A stretch of DNA of 64,000 bases. Source: the human T2T-CHM13v2.0 reference genome, Homo sapiens. Shown in pieces: positions 1-30,757 of the stretch (within the stretch, counting starts at the first letter, position 1; the number at the start of each line of letters is the position of its first letter). The notes beneath the pieces were generated by a model that made no database searches, was not told the DNA's origin, and worked only from the letters and a program-made list of their open reading frames with translations. The DNA lies in assembly GCF_009914755.1 (NCBI RefSeq), contig NC_060930.1; one strand, 5' to 3'. The position numbers and the translations under genes were made by a program.

Positions 1-103
1 TTAACCTCACTTTTGACTCCATATTACTTTGTCCCTCTATTTCTCCTTTGCCAAATTTTAATTTAAACTTAATTATTTTTCTTGATATATTTTACGTATT
101 TTC

Positions 104-110
104 TTTCTTC

Positions 111-164
<54 letters not shown>

Positions 165-502
165 CTTTCTTTCCTTCCTTCCTTTATTTTATTTATTTAT
201 TTATTTATTTTTTTGACGGAGTTTTGCACTTGTTGCCCAGGCTGGAGTGCAATGGCATGATCTTGGCTCACCACAACCTCGCAACCTCCGCCTCCCAGGT
301 TCAAGCGATTCTCCTACCTCAGCCTCCCTAGTAGCTGGGATTACAGGCATGTGCCACCACACCTGGCTAATTTTGTATTTTTAGTAGAGACAGGGTTTCT
401 CCATGTTGGTCAGGCTGGTCTCGAACTCCTGACCTCAGGTGATCCACCCGCCTCAGCCTTCCAAAGTGCTGGGATTACAGGCATGAGACACCACGCCCAG
501 CC
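104..502 (-). mobile_element. AluSp-like element with tail expanded into (TTTC)n/(TTTA)n
   Basis: Antisense Alu body 212-502 with CTCCATGTTGGTCAGG diagnostic; flanking repeat tacgtattttc (93-103) / taagtattttc (503-513). Confidence 0.9.
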
Positions 503-1669
503 TAAGTATTTTCATAAATGGCTTTAGATCCTTCAGGGAACAAACCAGGTAATAAAGGAGCAAATTATCAACAAATATTCTAATTCGTACTCTTTTCATT
601 TGCTACTTCAGTATTCAGGCATAAAAAGATCTCTAGACATCAAACCTAATTAAGAGGTTCACATTCCACTGCCCTTTGAAATAATTTTGTTTCGTTTTCT
701 ATCAGGATATATTGAATTCGAATAAATAAATGTATTTCAAATAAGTATCTATTACAAAGTTAAAATTGTATTTAGAGATGACACAAATGAGTGAAAAGTT
801 AAGCAGATGAAAAAGTGAAGAGATGATGGCTGTACTTCTTTCTTTGCCATCCTGAAGTCTGGAAACTAGATCTTTTCAAAGTTTCTAATATTGGTCCAGA
901 CTGGGATTCAAAAGCCTCTTAATGTTCGGGTGCTGCCCTGGCCCCTGCAATCTCTTCTGACTCCTGCAGAGAGCACAGACACCTCAAGTGTACCACTCAG
1001 TGAACTAGAGCCCACAGGGCTTGATCATATGCTTTCCAGAGGTTCAGGCTCACATAAACCTCATGATAGAATTTTACAGGAGATTTTAGGTAGATTACAA
1101 TTGAATATTCAGGGTATCTTGTAATCACAGGGGTATGCCACATAGAGAAATTGAGTAGAATTTTCTTTACCTGGAAAATACGTTGTAAAGGAATAATCCC
1201 AGCTCTCCACCACAACCCCAGAGGCACCATGTTCTCCTGTCTAGCTGAGTTCTCTTTGCCATCCTAGTGCCTGTCTGCCAGATGTAAGTTGATAAGCTCT
1301 GCTACATTGAATGTAGGAAATATTTTTTTTCTTTAATTCAGTCCATCCCTGATTGGAATGCCAGAAAAAGTTTTCTTGGGAACAAAGCAGGCGAGGTGAA
1401 GCCCCCAAATCTAAAAAAAATCTAATTGCATGAGAACAGATGACTTTGCATACATTACATTTAGGCCCTTCTTTTTTCTTTAATTTTATCAGGCTAAAAT
1501 GAGTGTCAGCCTTTGACCACTTCTGATTCTTCATCTTCAATCTAGGTATTTCTCTCCAGTTTTTCCTCATAACGACCTGACCCACTCAAGTCTTTCTCTA
1601 GTCTTTGCCCCACATTGTGAAAAAGATGTTTTCCAACTTAGCTCGAGGTTCTTACCCTGAGCTTCATAT

Positions 1670-1870
1670 TTTCCATTCATCAACTATTTAGAATGTCCCT
1701 ACTGTGTGCCAGGTCCTTTGGCAGGTGCTGTGGATACAGTGGAGCACAAAGAAGGCATCGGTCCTACCTTCATACAGCTTATAGGTTACTCAGGATGGAT
1801 TTAGATCAAATAAAACACAAATAAATACAAAATTACAACTGTTATACATGCTCTGAAGACAGAGTTTAGA
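1670..1870 (-). mobile_element. L2 3' remnant
   Basis: cattcatcaactatttagaatgtccctactgtgtgccagg...gctgtggatacagtg is the typical L2 3' end pattern. Confidence 0.65.
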
Positions 1871-2097
1871 GTACAATCAATGTATATAATAGACTTAACC
1901 AAGGATAGATACTCACATCTGTTTGGGATTAGGTCATTAACACTTCCCATGTATTCTCCGGTTTACCCATCCCAGTGCCTCCCCATCTTCCCTTTTCCCT
2001 CTTCAGGGGGAGCAATGGCAGTCAGAATTATACCCAATGAAAATAGAATTACAAGAAAACTCCTAAATAGATCCAAATATTAACAGGCAAAAATTAA

Positions 2098-17086
<14,989 letters not shown>

Positions 17087-17661
17087 CCCAGTAAAAAACT
17101 GCAGTGGTTTTATTACTTTCCCTGAGCATACACACACTCTTGGCTGCCAACGAGGGGAGAGTTAAAATGGGAATCAGGGGACTCTTGAGTTGTTGGAAAG
17201 GGTCTGGAGAATATATACAGGATCCACTTGAGAAGCCTTAATTTTTCGTATCTCAGGTTTCTCCAGTAAATAGCTGTGGGGGTGAAGAGTAGCTGTGGCT
17301 GAAGACTGAGGACGATTGTCCTCCTGTAGGATCCACTGTAGGAGAATAGGTTCTAAAGCCAGCAGTTTTAGTGTACTAGGAGAAATTACTGCATGAGAAC
17401 AAATGATTTAACAGAGGACCACGTGGCTACTGCTTTTTGATTGCTGCTTGGACCTCTGCTCTGTATTCTTAAAGCCACACCGCTTCCCTACTGCCATCAT
17501 ATTCCCCTGTCCCCACTGCTATGTCTCATCAACCTCTGTTCCTAACACCTCTGCCACCAAGTTCTCTGTAGAGTAACCTCCTTTTTCCCCTTTAATTACT
17601 TGCTCTTTACTTCTGCCTAGGACTCTAGCCTATAGTTCACTGCCCTGGGAATGTTCAAATA

Positions 17662-17782
17662 TAGTGGTTCTTACATTTTAGTGTTTATCAGAATCACCCA
17701 GAGGGCAGGTTGCAACACACATCACTAGGCCTCTCCTTCTACGAGGTAGGGCCCAAAATTTGCATTTCTAACAGCTTCCCAC
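17662..17782. mobile_element. MER5A fragment in the GLYATL3 3'UTR
   Basis: tagtggttctta...atcagaatcaccc...gggcccaaaatttgcatttctaacagcttccc. Confidence 0.7.
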
Positions 17783-18043
17783 TGCTTATTTGCCTTGGAT
17801 GAATGACAATATGGCCATTTTGATGCTATAAACAAATGCTGTCACCATAGAACTAGACTTTACCTATAACCTATTTCAGCCCCCTTATTTATAGTCTACT
17901 TTCCCATATAAAACTAAGATTTATATATAGGGGTGTTTGGGGGTATGCAAATGAATATATAACATATATGCATACACATATATATACATTCTCTTCATTT
18001 CTTTTATATGTATAGGTATATACTCATAGAATTTTGATAAGAT

Positions 18044-18238
18044 AATAAATTTTAACCCTTTGATTACATATGAAAAATTTGAGGACCAGAGAAAATAAAT
18101 GACTTTTTCAAGATTATATTCTTTATAATCAGTACTGGAGGCAAAGCCAGAATGCTGCCATTTTAATTCCAATCTGTTATTTTCACTAAATCATGTATCC
18201 TTTTTTATAATGAAAATTAAAATGCTTACATAATTAAA
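18044..18238 (+). promoter_or_regulatory. Candidate GLYATL3 polyadenylation signals (3'UTR about 1.0-1.2 kb)
   Basis: AATAAA at 18044 and 18094, ATTAAA at 18216 and 18233, followed by a T-rich tract at about 18245-18290. The site actually used cannot be determined from sequence. Confidence 0.45.
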
Positions 18239-19312
18239 ATATTAATTTTAGTTTTCTCTTATTCTTGTCATTATTTCTTAATTTGGGTTCTGATTGCTTG
18301 TGTATGTATACCTTTCAAGGGCAGTAAAGAAAGAGATAAGCATCACCAGCTCTGTTCTCTATTTATAATAAAAGCAGGCACTAACACAATAGTTAGATTT
18401 GCCTTGTCTTGATAATGTTGACTTAGCTATATAGAAAATATTGGTTTCTTATCCCCAAGGAGGTCACAAAATTCTGACTACAAAGATAAGGGAAAATCCA
18501 ACTTTCAGGCATTCATTCTGAGAAAAGGAAGCAAACTGGCTGAAGTAAAGCACATTTTAATTAAAAAAATAGGACTCAGTAAGAGTAAATATATGCTTAG
18601 TTCATCCTGAGCCCACGGTTACCTGGAAACTTACCTAGCCTTGGATCCAGAGGGGAAAGCACCAAGTAACCAGAGTCCATAAACCTCTTAGGAGAATATG
18701 CCCTAAGGACGCTAATTATGTTTAGCATCGCTTAAGCATGAGTTAATCCTGCTTGATATATAGCAATATTATTATAGCCTTATTTTCTTCCTAATGATAA
18801 TTTGCCTGACATTTAATGTTTAACTATGTGCTAATAATTGTACCAAATATGAGATGTATATAACTTAATCCTGGTGAGGGATAAGGTATTGCTTTGTTGT
18901 GGGAATTCTTGCTTAGAGGTGTTATGAGTCACCAAAGTCATGCAGGCTCTAAGTGGCCAAATCATGATCAGAACATGGGTTTGTTGGATTGCAAAGCCTA
19001 TACTACTAGTCATTATGCTAATTGGCCTCTTAAGCAGCTTGGAACAGTTTGTAAATAATTATTCCCTTATCTCGTTACATTCTGAATTTTCTACCTTCAC
19101 CCGCACCTCCAAAACAGACCCCATATTTGAAAGATTTTTGTTCCTACCAAATTGCTCTTATACTATTTTCTTACTTTCATCTTCCAGCTAACTATGTTGG
19201 ATATAATTGCTCAACTTTTAACACTGTTTCTGACCCTTTTAAGGCATGTGCAGAGAAAGTCTGGAGTAAGGAGAGGACAAGGAGAAGAGAAAAACTCAAG
19301 AAGTAGAAACGG

Positions 19313-19689
<377 letters not shown>

Positions 19690-20400
19690 TTAAGCAGCGC
19701 ATTAATCTGTTTGGAAATTAGTTGGGAGGCTATAAGCTAAGCAAAAGGTGGTGGTAGCTTGGATCTGAATGCTAGCAATGATAATGGTGAAAAGTGAACA
19801 GTTACTTAAACTATTTAAAAGGAAGAGTTGTCAGAACTTAATAATTTAGTGGCTGTAGGGTATGCTGAGAGAGAAATGTCAAGGATGACTACTGGGCTTC
19901 TACGTTGTGAAAGCCACAGGTGGTGATAGTTTTCACTGAGATCAGAAACCCTGGAAAAATCTCAGATCTGGAGCAATTTGTAGCAGGGAAAATTGTTTGT
20001 TCAGTTTTGGGATGTTGAGTTTTGAAACATGCAAGTGATGGGACCAAGTTGGATATTTGAGTCTAAATCTCAGAGAATTTATTTGGGATAGATGTATTGA
20101 CTTAGATGATAACAGATATAGATATAGATATAGATATAGATAACAGATAACTGATATAGATGATAACAGAAGCCATGAATTTAGCTGAGGTTGTCTAGGA
20201 CTGAACCTTAAATGCATCAACTATTTAAGGCAAGGGAAAAGAAAGGCTCTGGAATAGGAGAAGGAGCAGCCAGAAGATAGGAGGAAAGCCAGGAGATGAC
20301 TCCCATGGAAGAGAAAGAAGAAAAATTTAAAAATGGAGGGATGGTCAATGGTGTCAAATTATGCTGAGAGGTCAAGAATACATTAGGAATGAAACATCTT
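19690..20400. mobile_element. L2 remnant containing (GATATA)n at about 20115-20141
   Basis: gttcagttttgggatgttgagttttgaa...ggtcaatggtgtcaaattatgctgagaggtcaaga pattern. Confidence 0.7.
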
Positions 20401-20439
20401 CATTCCATATTTCACTCTCAAATATTTTAAACATATGTA

Positions 20440-21190
20440 CCAAAAAGAAGCCAGAAACTGCATATTGCATAATCCTGTTTCTATAAAGTTTAAAACCAGG
20501 CAAAATGAATCTATATCTGTAGAAGTCAGGAAGTAATTACCCTTCAGAAGGATAGTAAGTAAAACTGGACATGAAATGGCTTCTGGATTTCCAGTAATAT
20601 TCTGATTCTTGACTTGGGTGGGTTACAAAGGTGTGTTCACTTTGTAACACTTTGTTACACAGCTGTGTTCCACTTGGTAACACAAGTATGTTCCCTCCAG
20701 CCCTGACTTAGCCAGGCCCTTCCCTGCTGGGCTCAGTCTTTCCATAGGCAAATCTGCATGACTAACCACCTCCTCCTCGCCCCCTGTGAGTCAGGGCCTA
20801 GAGCATATGATTATCAAGCTATATAATTATGATATATCTACTTTTCTGTATGCAAGTTGTACTGCAATAAGGAATATTCGTTAATAAAAAACAGGCCTGA
20901 AATCTGGAAAAAAAATGCATATTTCCATTACATAAAAATCCCACTTTTTAAAATTTATATTGGTATAATATAAAAGTATGCAAAGATTTGTATAAAAGGA
21001 TGTTTATTACAGCATTGTGTGTAAAGGTGAAAAAACCTAAATATTTTAAGTAATTCACTGGTTAAATATAGTACAAGCATTCGATGAAATTTTATGGAGT
21101 ACTAGAAAACTAGGTTTGGTGATACAGAAAAGATGTACATAATAACACTAAATGCAAAAACAATTACAGAAAATATGTGTAATCCATTTG
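20440..21190 (+). mobile_element. Old L1M 3' fragments
   Basis: aaaagaagccaga...tataaagtttaaaaccaggcaaaatgaatcta...gggttacaaaggtgtgttcactttg; tgtttattacagcattg. Confidence 0.6.
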
Positions 21191-22606
21191 AAATTCAACT
21201 GTGAAGGTAAAGAGGGGGCAAGTATGTAGGTAAATAGTTTTGAAGACAGTTTAATAGGTTTTATTAAAGGTAAAAGTTGGTAAATGGTGGCACGTATTTT
21301 ATGGTGTGGCTATGGTTAGATATAATGATAAAGGGAGTCAGTACAGGCAACATGCTCAGCTTCCTGAGACGTGTGTTTCTCTGTTTGGGATAAATCTTGA
21401 CTAGGTTTTGTAAGCATCTGTATATTTTAGCAAGAATGAGTATTCAGTCTGCCTAAGAATCACTGAAGAGACATAGAGGGGAATAACTGAAAATTCAACT
21501 GCTCAAACTTTGGGAGCAAGAGAGGGAAGTGCAATTGTGGGGAACATTTATACAGCCTCTAAAATAGAATCTCATTTAATAATACAAGATTTGATTCTGT
21601 TAATTTTGCATTTTTTTAGTCACTAAGTTTTGTTCAGTGATTTGAATTTTCAGAAAGAACATGAGATAAATATATATTAAATTTCCTTAAGCTGTCCTTG
21701 ATACACCTCAAATTTTGTATCCTTTTTCTAACCTCAATAAATACTAGGGGCAAGGAAAAAATGACAATGAAAGTAAAAGGTAGCAGATGGAGTAACAAAA
21801 CATGGAGTACAAATATTATTTCTTCCTTCTTGCCTGAAATGGTTGGATTAAAATTATTTGTTTCAGTGGGGAAAATGAAGATAGTAGAAACATAAAATAC
21901 ATATTTTTTTTTCTACATCAGTGTGGCTAGTTAACATTTCCTAAGCTTCTCATAGCCCAGGGTTCTCAATCCAAGCTCCAACAATAAAACCTAATCATTA
22001 ATAACACTTTGCTTTTTCTGATCTTGGCCCTGAAGGATGGAATAAAAGAAGGAAGATAGTCATTCCTAGTGTCTCCTTTTTTCCTTACCCCCTCCCACCT
22101 CAGTAGTTCTAGTGTCATATGTGTTCCCAGGACTGTCCCAATTTTGTTCACCACTTGAGGAAATTTTTTCCTTGAGACAACTTGTTCACTTCTTAATCTT
22201 GCTCTAGTGACTTAAAAAATTACAAAACGCATAGCTAATGTCTGAATTTTCCTCTTACTAATTTATGTGCAATTTTCCCTTCCACCAACAGGTGTATGTG
22301 TTTCCAAGGCAAAATATGCTTTAGGTTTTAAACACTGTTTGTTACAAGACATTGCTTATGATAGGACTATGAGACATTCAGTTAATACTATGTAGTTATT
22401 GCAGTGAACACTAGATGTCAGATTTTACTTCTAGATTATTTCCCAATAGAGGGCGCACTTGAATTGTTTCTAAACATTTCATTAGAATTTTTGCCGCATT
22501 TTGAACTATTTCCTTTCAGCAGATTCCTATAAGCTTAACTACTATATCAAAGGATATGAACATTTTTAAATCTAAACATATAATGTGTAACATTTGTTTC
22601 AAATGA

Positions 22607-23005
<399 letters not shown>

Positions 23006-23729
23006 AAGCAATTGTTTTACATTGTAAGTGATGGATAACAAGATCTTGCTAATTTGATTGGGAGGGGAGCACTTATGTTTACTGGAATTTATGGGTCTTC
23101 GATTTTTAGCAAGATTATTGTCATCATTTTTAATACTCTTTTGCAATGATACAAATTATTTCTGTATACCTGCTAGATTCTTGCTGTATTTTTAAACCAT
23201 TAACTACAAGAGACTGTTTACCTATTGAGAATATAAGGCCCTTTGTTATTTGCTGCAAAAATTTCAGACTTTTATTCATGTAATAGACTAATATTCATGT
23301 AATAGAATATTAGATATGATGCTTTTAAATCTTTTAAATATTTGACATTTCTATTCTATCAATCTTTTACTTTTATTTTTACATTGCTTTATTTTAAAAT
23401 TTAAAAAGTTATTTTAAAATGTCATGAAATAAATCTTTATTACAAAAATTGAAATTGAACAGTATATAACTACATACATATAAAGTATACAGTGAGTTTC
23501 TAGTCTCTCATCTCTCATGCCTGCTACTTTCCAAGAATAACAATTGTTAATAGTTTATATATCCATCCAGAATTCTCTCCATATGTGTTTGTGTGTGCAT
23601 ATTACATAATAAAAACACATAAATATACTTTGTCACTTATAAAGTGGAATCACATCGTATATTGCTTTGCAACTTAGTTTTCAACTCAACAATATAGCTT
23701 GAGTATCTTTTCATGTTAGTTCATACAGA

Positions 23730-24225
<496 letters not shown>

Positions 24226-25166
24226 TCTTTTTTTAATGATTATGCTAAAAATTGTATTCCACTCAAGATTCAGTGACTTAAGTCTTGTTCTAAAAATCTA
24301 ATTGTTTGATTTTTTTTGCTTTTCATTATTATATGTAAATTTAGTGGTTTGAAGTTTTGTGTTTAATTAAATACATAAGAAATGTATTTTGGTTTGTGAT
24401 GTGAACTGGTCTAATTTTATTTATTAACTATTAAGAAGTTTTCCAAGCAATATTTATAAATAAGAGACATGAGCCTTTTTAATAGCAATGACTTAAGTAT
24501 TAACATATGTGTTCAAGTCACAAATGAGTTCATCATAATTAGTTCTTACCTATTTATTAAAAGATATCCAAGGTCTTATACTGAAGCGGTTCTACTTTGC
24601 CTTACTTGCTGGTTTTATTGGTAAAAGTAGAAAAATGATGTTTCTTTTAAAGTGTTCTATTATTTGTGGAAATATCTTCTTTTGAATAGGACACTCAACA
24701 TTATGTTTATCTTTATTATATGTCAATTGTATGGGGAAAATACAAGTTTTTTTAATTTTTGACTTTCTGGGGCTAGATAAGTTTATTCTAGAGTTCACAT
24801 GTAAAATAAATAGGTAAGAGTAGCAATACAAAGTCTGAAACAGCAAGATAAAAGAATAGGTTAACCTCACCAGTATTAAAATACACTATAAACCTTCTAT
24901 AATTTTAAACAATGTAGAATGGTACATGATTATGCAGAACAGTAAGACAGAAAAAAAGTTCAGAAATAACAACAAATAGCTAGGAAAGTTTAGAGAAAGA
25001 TAAAAGTGTAATCTCAAATCACCTGGGTAAAAATGCTATTTTAAATAAATGATAATGAGACAACTGTACAGTAATTTGAAAAAAGTAAAATAAAATTGGA
25101 TCCATAACTCACACTCTATACCACAATGAATTCCAAATTAATCCAAGGTATAAAATAATTTAAAAG

Positions 25167-25490
<324 letters not shown>

Positions 25491-26527
25491 TTAAAAAAGA
25501 AGTCACACATTTACTAAAAGAAAACATGGGTTTGTTTTATTATAACCTAGATATGAGGTTATAATATCTAGGTTATAACAAAAACTACAAACCAAAACAA
25601 ATTTAGAAGCAATAAAAGAAAAAAATTAAGCTCAGTACATTGAGTAGAAATGTATGGTGCATGTATGTAATTGTTCAATTGCAAAACAGCATAGCTACAG
25701 CAACAATACAAATGACAAACTAAGAGCAACAATTAGCAACTTATGTCAGAGATAAAGCGCTATTTTCTACAACATGTAAACAGTCCCAAAAATTGAGAGA
25801 TGAAAAATATTTAAAACCGAACAGAAAAATGGGCAAGTGACATAGTTAATTCACAGAAAAATATAAACAAAGTGGCTGCTAATCATATGAAAAGATGCTT
25901 AAATTCACTCAACAGAAAAATGCTATTTAAACTATAATGAGATACGATTTCTAATCTATCAGATGGCCACAGTCAAAAATCTTGAAAATTAAATACTGAC
26001 GAATTGTGGAAAATTGGCCTATATATACATTGGTACTGAGCACATAAAGTATTACATTTCCAGTGAGGGGAATTTAGTAATAGCTAATAAAGTACGTATG
26101 CATTTACTCAAGCAATTCAATGTCTAGGAATTTACCCTGAGATTTCCCCCGTGAATATAAAACAAATGTTTGCACAAAGTAATTCATGCTGATATATTAT
26201 TTGTAGTTGCAACTTTTGGAAACAACCTAAATTCCCAAGGTTAATAATCTAGTTGAATAGATTATGATACGTGCACACAATGGAGCACTATTCTCCATGA
26301 TATTTTTAAGTATGAAAAAAACCTAGGTGCACAAGAATAAGAAACACGTACATCAACATAGATCTCTACTTATTTTGCAAATAGCAACTCAAAAAAATTA
26401 AATCAGAAACTTTTAACAAAAAATGACCTATAAATAGTGGAGATTGGACTAAGGACACACTCCCTTGAATATATCCCTTTTACATAGTTTTGAACAAGGT
26501 ATAAACCTGTGATTAAAAATAATATCA

Positions 26528-26682
26528 GGCTGGGTGCAGTGGCTCACGCCTGTAATCCCAGCACTTTAGGAGGCCAAGGAGGAATGATTGCTTGAGCCCA
26601 GGAGTTTGAGACCCACCTGGGCAACATAGTGGGACTCTGTCTCTAAAAAAAATTAAAACAGAAAAACAAAAAAATAAAAATA
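26528..26682 (+). mobile_element. FLAM_C / Alu left monomer
   Basis: Left arm only, followed by an A tail; TSD aaaaataatatc. Confidence 0.85.
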
Positions 26683-26866
26683 ATATCTACTCCCTAGTTC
26701 TACCCACTGAAAAGACCTACAACTACTCCTGAGAAACAATGACCATTCCTAGTATCCAGATCTTTGTTTCTAATACATGTTAGGAGGAGTAAGACTTTTG
26801 ATAAAAAGTCTACTTCTAGGTCCCTGGCAAGGAAAGATCATCTTGGGCAAGAAAGTAACAAAGTGG

Positions 26867-27278
<412 letters not shown>

Positions 27279-27413
27279 CTAACTTGCCAAATTTAGTATA
27301 ATTTGAGCATCAAAAATAACAACAATGGCAATGAATAACAGACTGATTTTTAAAAAATACTTATGTCCACAATGATATAAAAGCAGGGGTAGGATAGGTA
27401 GCAAGCAAAAAAC

Positions 27414-27716
27414 TTCTTTTCTTTTATAATTTGGAGACGGGTTTTTGCTCTGTCGCTGGGGCTGGAGTGCAAGGACACAATCACAGCTCATGGCAGCCTC
27501 AACCTCCCAGGCTCAAGTGATCCTCCCATCTGAACCTCCAAAGTAGCTGAGAGTATAGGCACTGCCACTACTCCCTGGTTAACTTCTGTATTTTTAGTAC
27601 AGATGGGGTTTCTCCATGTTGCCCAGGCTGGTCTCAAACTCCTAGGCTCAAGCCATCTGCTCACCTTGGCCTCTCAAAGTGCTGGGATTATAGGCGTGAG
27701 CCACAGCACCGGGCCC
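27414..27716 (-). mobile_element. AluJ
   Basis: Antisense body with J diagnostics (gcagcctcaacctcccaggctcaagtgatcctccc). Confidence 0.88.
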
Positions 27717-29020
27717 AACAGCTCTTCTTTATAGAAGAATATCTACTAAGAAATGAAGAAGGAATGACAAAATTAGAAAATTCCCATTTCAAAGAACTCA
27801 GTTTAATAATTGATTCAGGAAAGGATTATCAATGGATGGTTAAGTCAGTGCATGAGTGGCTATTGGGAAACAGGATAACATAGTGTCAAACTCTAATCTC
27901 ACAGGTTATTTATTAATTGCAAAGGGTAAAATGTACCTTTATAATGGGATATCTAGTAATTATCATCTTAAGTATTCAAATTAGCATTAGTAGTGGTAGA
28001 ACAACCTAATACCGTGAGTCTTCTGATATGATGCAATGAGAAGTGCCATATGTTGCCTATGTAGAATTCTTGTCTAAAGTGTTTAAGCAGAATCTAATCA
28101 GAAAAATTCAAAAGGTGGAACATTCTATTAGACAATTGGCCTGAACTCATAAAAATAGTCAATGTCATAAAAAATTGAATGCTTCCTTCATTCTAGATTA
28201 TAGGGAACTAAGGATTCTTAACCAACTGTAATTTATAAACCTGCAGGAGAATAAAATCTAAAATACACTTTTTGGGGACCACTGTAAAAAATTAAATATG
28301 GACTCCATATTAAATGATATTATTGGATTAGTGTTAACTTTCTTACGTATAATATGGTAGTGGTTACATAGAAATTTATTTTTTTAATTCATCCTTGAGT
28401 ATTTAATGGTAAACGTGGCATCTGTAATAATTTCAAATTGTTCTTAGTGAAGGGATGTATACATGGTTGTATGTGTAAGGGAGGGTGGGAGATGGGGAGA
28501 GATGTGAAATAAAGTATTTTAATGATAAAATATTAATAATTAATGAATCCAGATCAATGTTATAGAACTATTTATTATATCATTATTTGAACTATTGTTA
28601 TGTTTGAGCCAAACTAAAGCTATTGATAAAAAGTAGCAGATTAATATGTACAAAAGACTGAAATAGAAGTCATCACAAATGTAATATAAAATAATACACT
28701 AAAAATGGTATTTTATTTTTAGTTTTCCTTGACTAAGGAGTTCTTCTTTCTCTATCTCTTCATCATTAACCTTATGACTACTAATTATTAATAAATATTG
28801 ATTTTTTAATGTTTTATTCTTTTCAAAAACCTTAAACACAGACATAAAAGAAAAAGTGTTAGCAGTAGATGATAGAAACCTAAGAAGGAAAAAATGCAGT
28901 AGAACAAAGATGAATCACAGAGGAAAGAGGAAGCAAAGCTCCAAAGAGAAAAGAAATAGTAAGATAAATACGATAGAAATAAGGAGGAAAGTGACAAATT
29001 AATTAATTCAACAATTGTGT

Positions 29021-29172
29021 CAGGCTGAGTGCTGTGGCTCATGCTTATAATCCTAGCAATTTAGGGAGGCTGAGTTGGGAGGATCACTTGAAGCCAGGAG
29101 TTTGAGACCAGCCTGAGCAACACAGTGAGACCCATCTCTACAACAAATAATAATAATAATTAATAATAATAA
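29021..29172 (+). mobile_element. FLAM_C with (AAT)n tail
   Basis: Left monomer; flanking acaattgtgtcaggc / acaattgtatcaggc. Confidence 0.85.
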
Positions 29173-29294
29173 TGAGGAAGAGAAAATAAACAATTGTATC
29201 AGGCACTCTTCTAGGTATTAGAGATAGAGTGATAATGGTTAAACTGCAGTGAACAAAAGAAACAAAAATCCCCACTTTCGTTCTAGGAAAAAAA

Positions 29295-29490
29295 AGGCCT
29301 ACCTAGGCACTATTCTAGGGGCTTTACATTTATTATCTCACTTTATGAGATTTGTACTCTTCTTCACCTACTTTTTCATGTGATGAAACTAAGGCAAAGA
29401 GAAGGTAAGTATCCTGCCCATGATTACGCAACTAGCATGTAGCAGAGGTAGGAATTGCATCTAGGGAGTTTGGCTCTACCATTCACTATT
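29295..29490 (-). mobile_element. MIR
   Basis: ctaggcactattctagggg...tgatgaaactaaggcaaagagaaggtaagtatcctgccca...gcaactag core. Confidence 0.75.
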
Positions 29491-29532
29491 GAATTCTGCA
29501 CTACACCACATTAGGAAGTAAGGAAGGGATTC

Positions 29533-29905
29533 TGCTGTGGTTTCAATGTGTCCCCCAGAAAGTATGTGTTGGAAATGTAATTCCCAATGCAACAGTGTTG
29601 GGCGGTGTGGCCTAAGAAGAGATGATCAGGCCATGAGGGCTCTGCCTTCATGAACGGATGAATATTCTTATTGAGGAAGTGGGTTTATTATTAAAGAGGA
29701 AGTTTGGCCCCCTGTACTCTCCTCTTTCTTGCCCTTCTACTTTTTCCTGTCAGCTGATGCAGCAAGAAGGCCCTTGCCAGATACTGGCCCCTCAGTCTTA
29801 GACTTTCCAGCCTCCAAACCATGAGCCAATAGATTTCTATTAATTGTATATTGCCTATTCTGTGCTGTTCTGTTGTGGCAGCACAAAATGGAAAAATGGA
29901 TTAGG
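29533..29905 (+). mobile_element. MaLR LTR (MSTC/MSTD-like)
   Basis: tgctgtggtttcaatgtgtcccccag...ccatgagggctctgccttcatgaa...gacttttccagcctcca-like...gcagcacaaaatgga. Confidence 0.8.
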
Positions 29906-30113
29906 AAGGATTACATAAAAACTAAAATAAATAAATAAATAATAAAAATAAATAAATAAAAATGGAGGAGGAGGGGACAGTGAGAAATTACAGAGAAAGA
30001 GTAAAACAGATGTAAATCACAGCCAGAGGAAAAGATTGCTATCAGTATTTAACTGAGAGAGGGCTAATTCCATGGTTTTCTTAATAAAATTATAGTATAG
30101 AAAGTAAGAAAAT

Positions 30114-30381
30114 AGCTGTGTTCAGTGGCTCATGCCTGCAATCCCAAAACTTTGGGAGACTGTGGTAGAAGGATTGCTTGAGGCCAGGACTTTGAGACCA
30201 GCCGGGACAATATAGGAACATTTTATCACTACAGCAAATTACCTGGGTGTCATGGCTCACACCTGTATTCCCAGCTACACAGGAGGCTGAGGCAGGAACA
30301 CTTGAGCCTGCAAGGCCAAGGCTGCAGTGAGCATGACAGTGCCACTGCACTGCAGCCTGGGCAACAGAGTGAGACCCTGTC
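30114..30381 (+). mobile_element. AluJ followed by a T-rich rather than A-rich tail
   Basis: Body ends gagaccctgtc, followed by (TTTTTTTTCA)-like runs at 30382-30413. Confidence 0.85.
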
Positions 30382-30401
30382 TTTTTTTTCATTTTTTTTC
30401 A

Positions 30402-30757
<356 letters not shown>

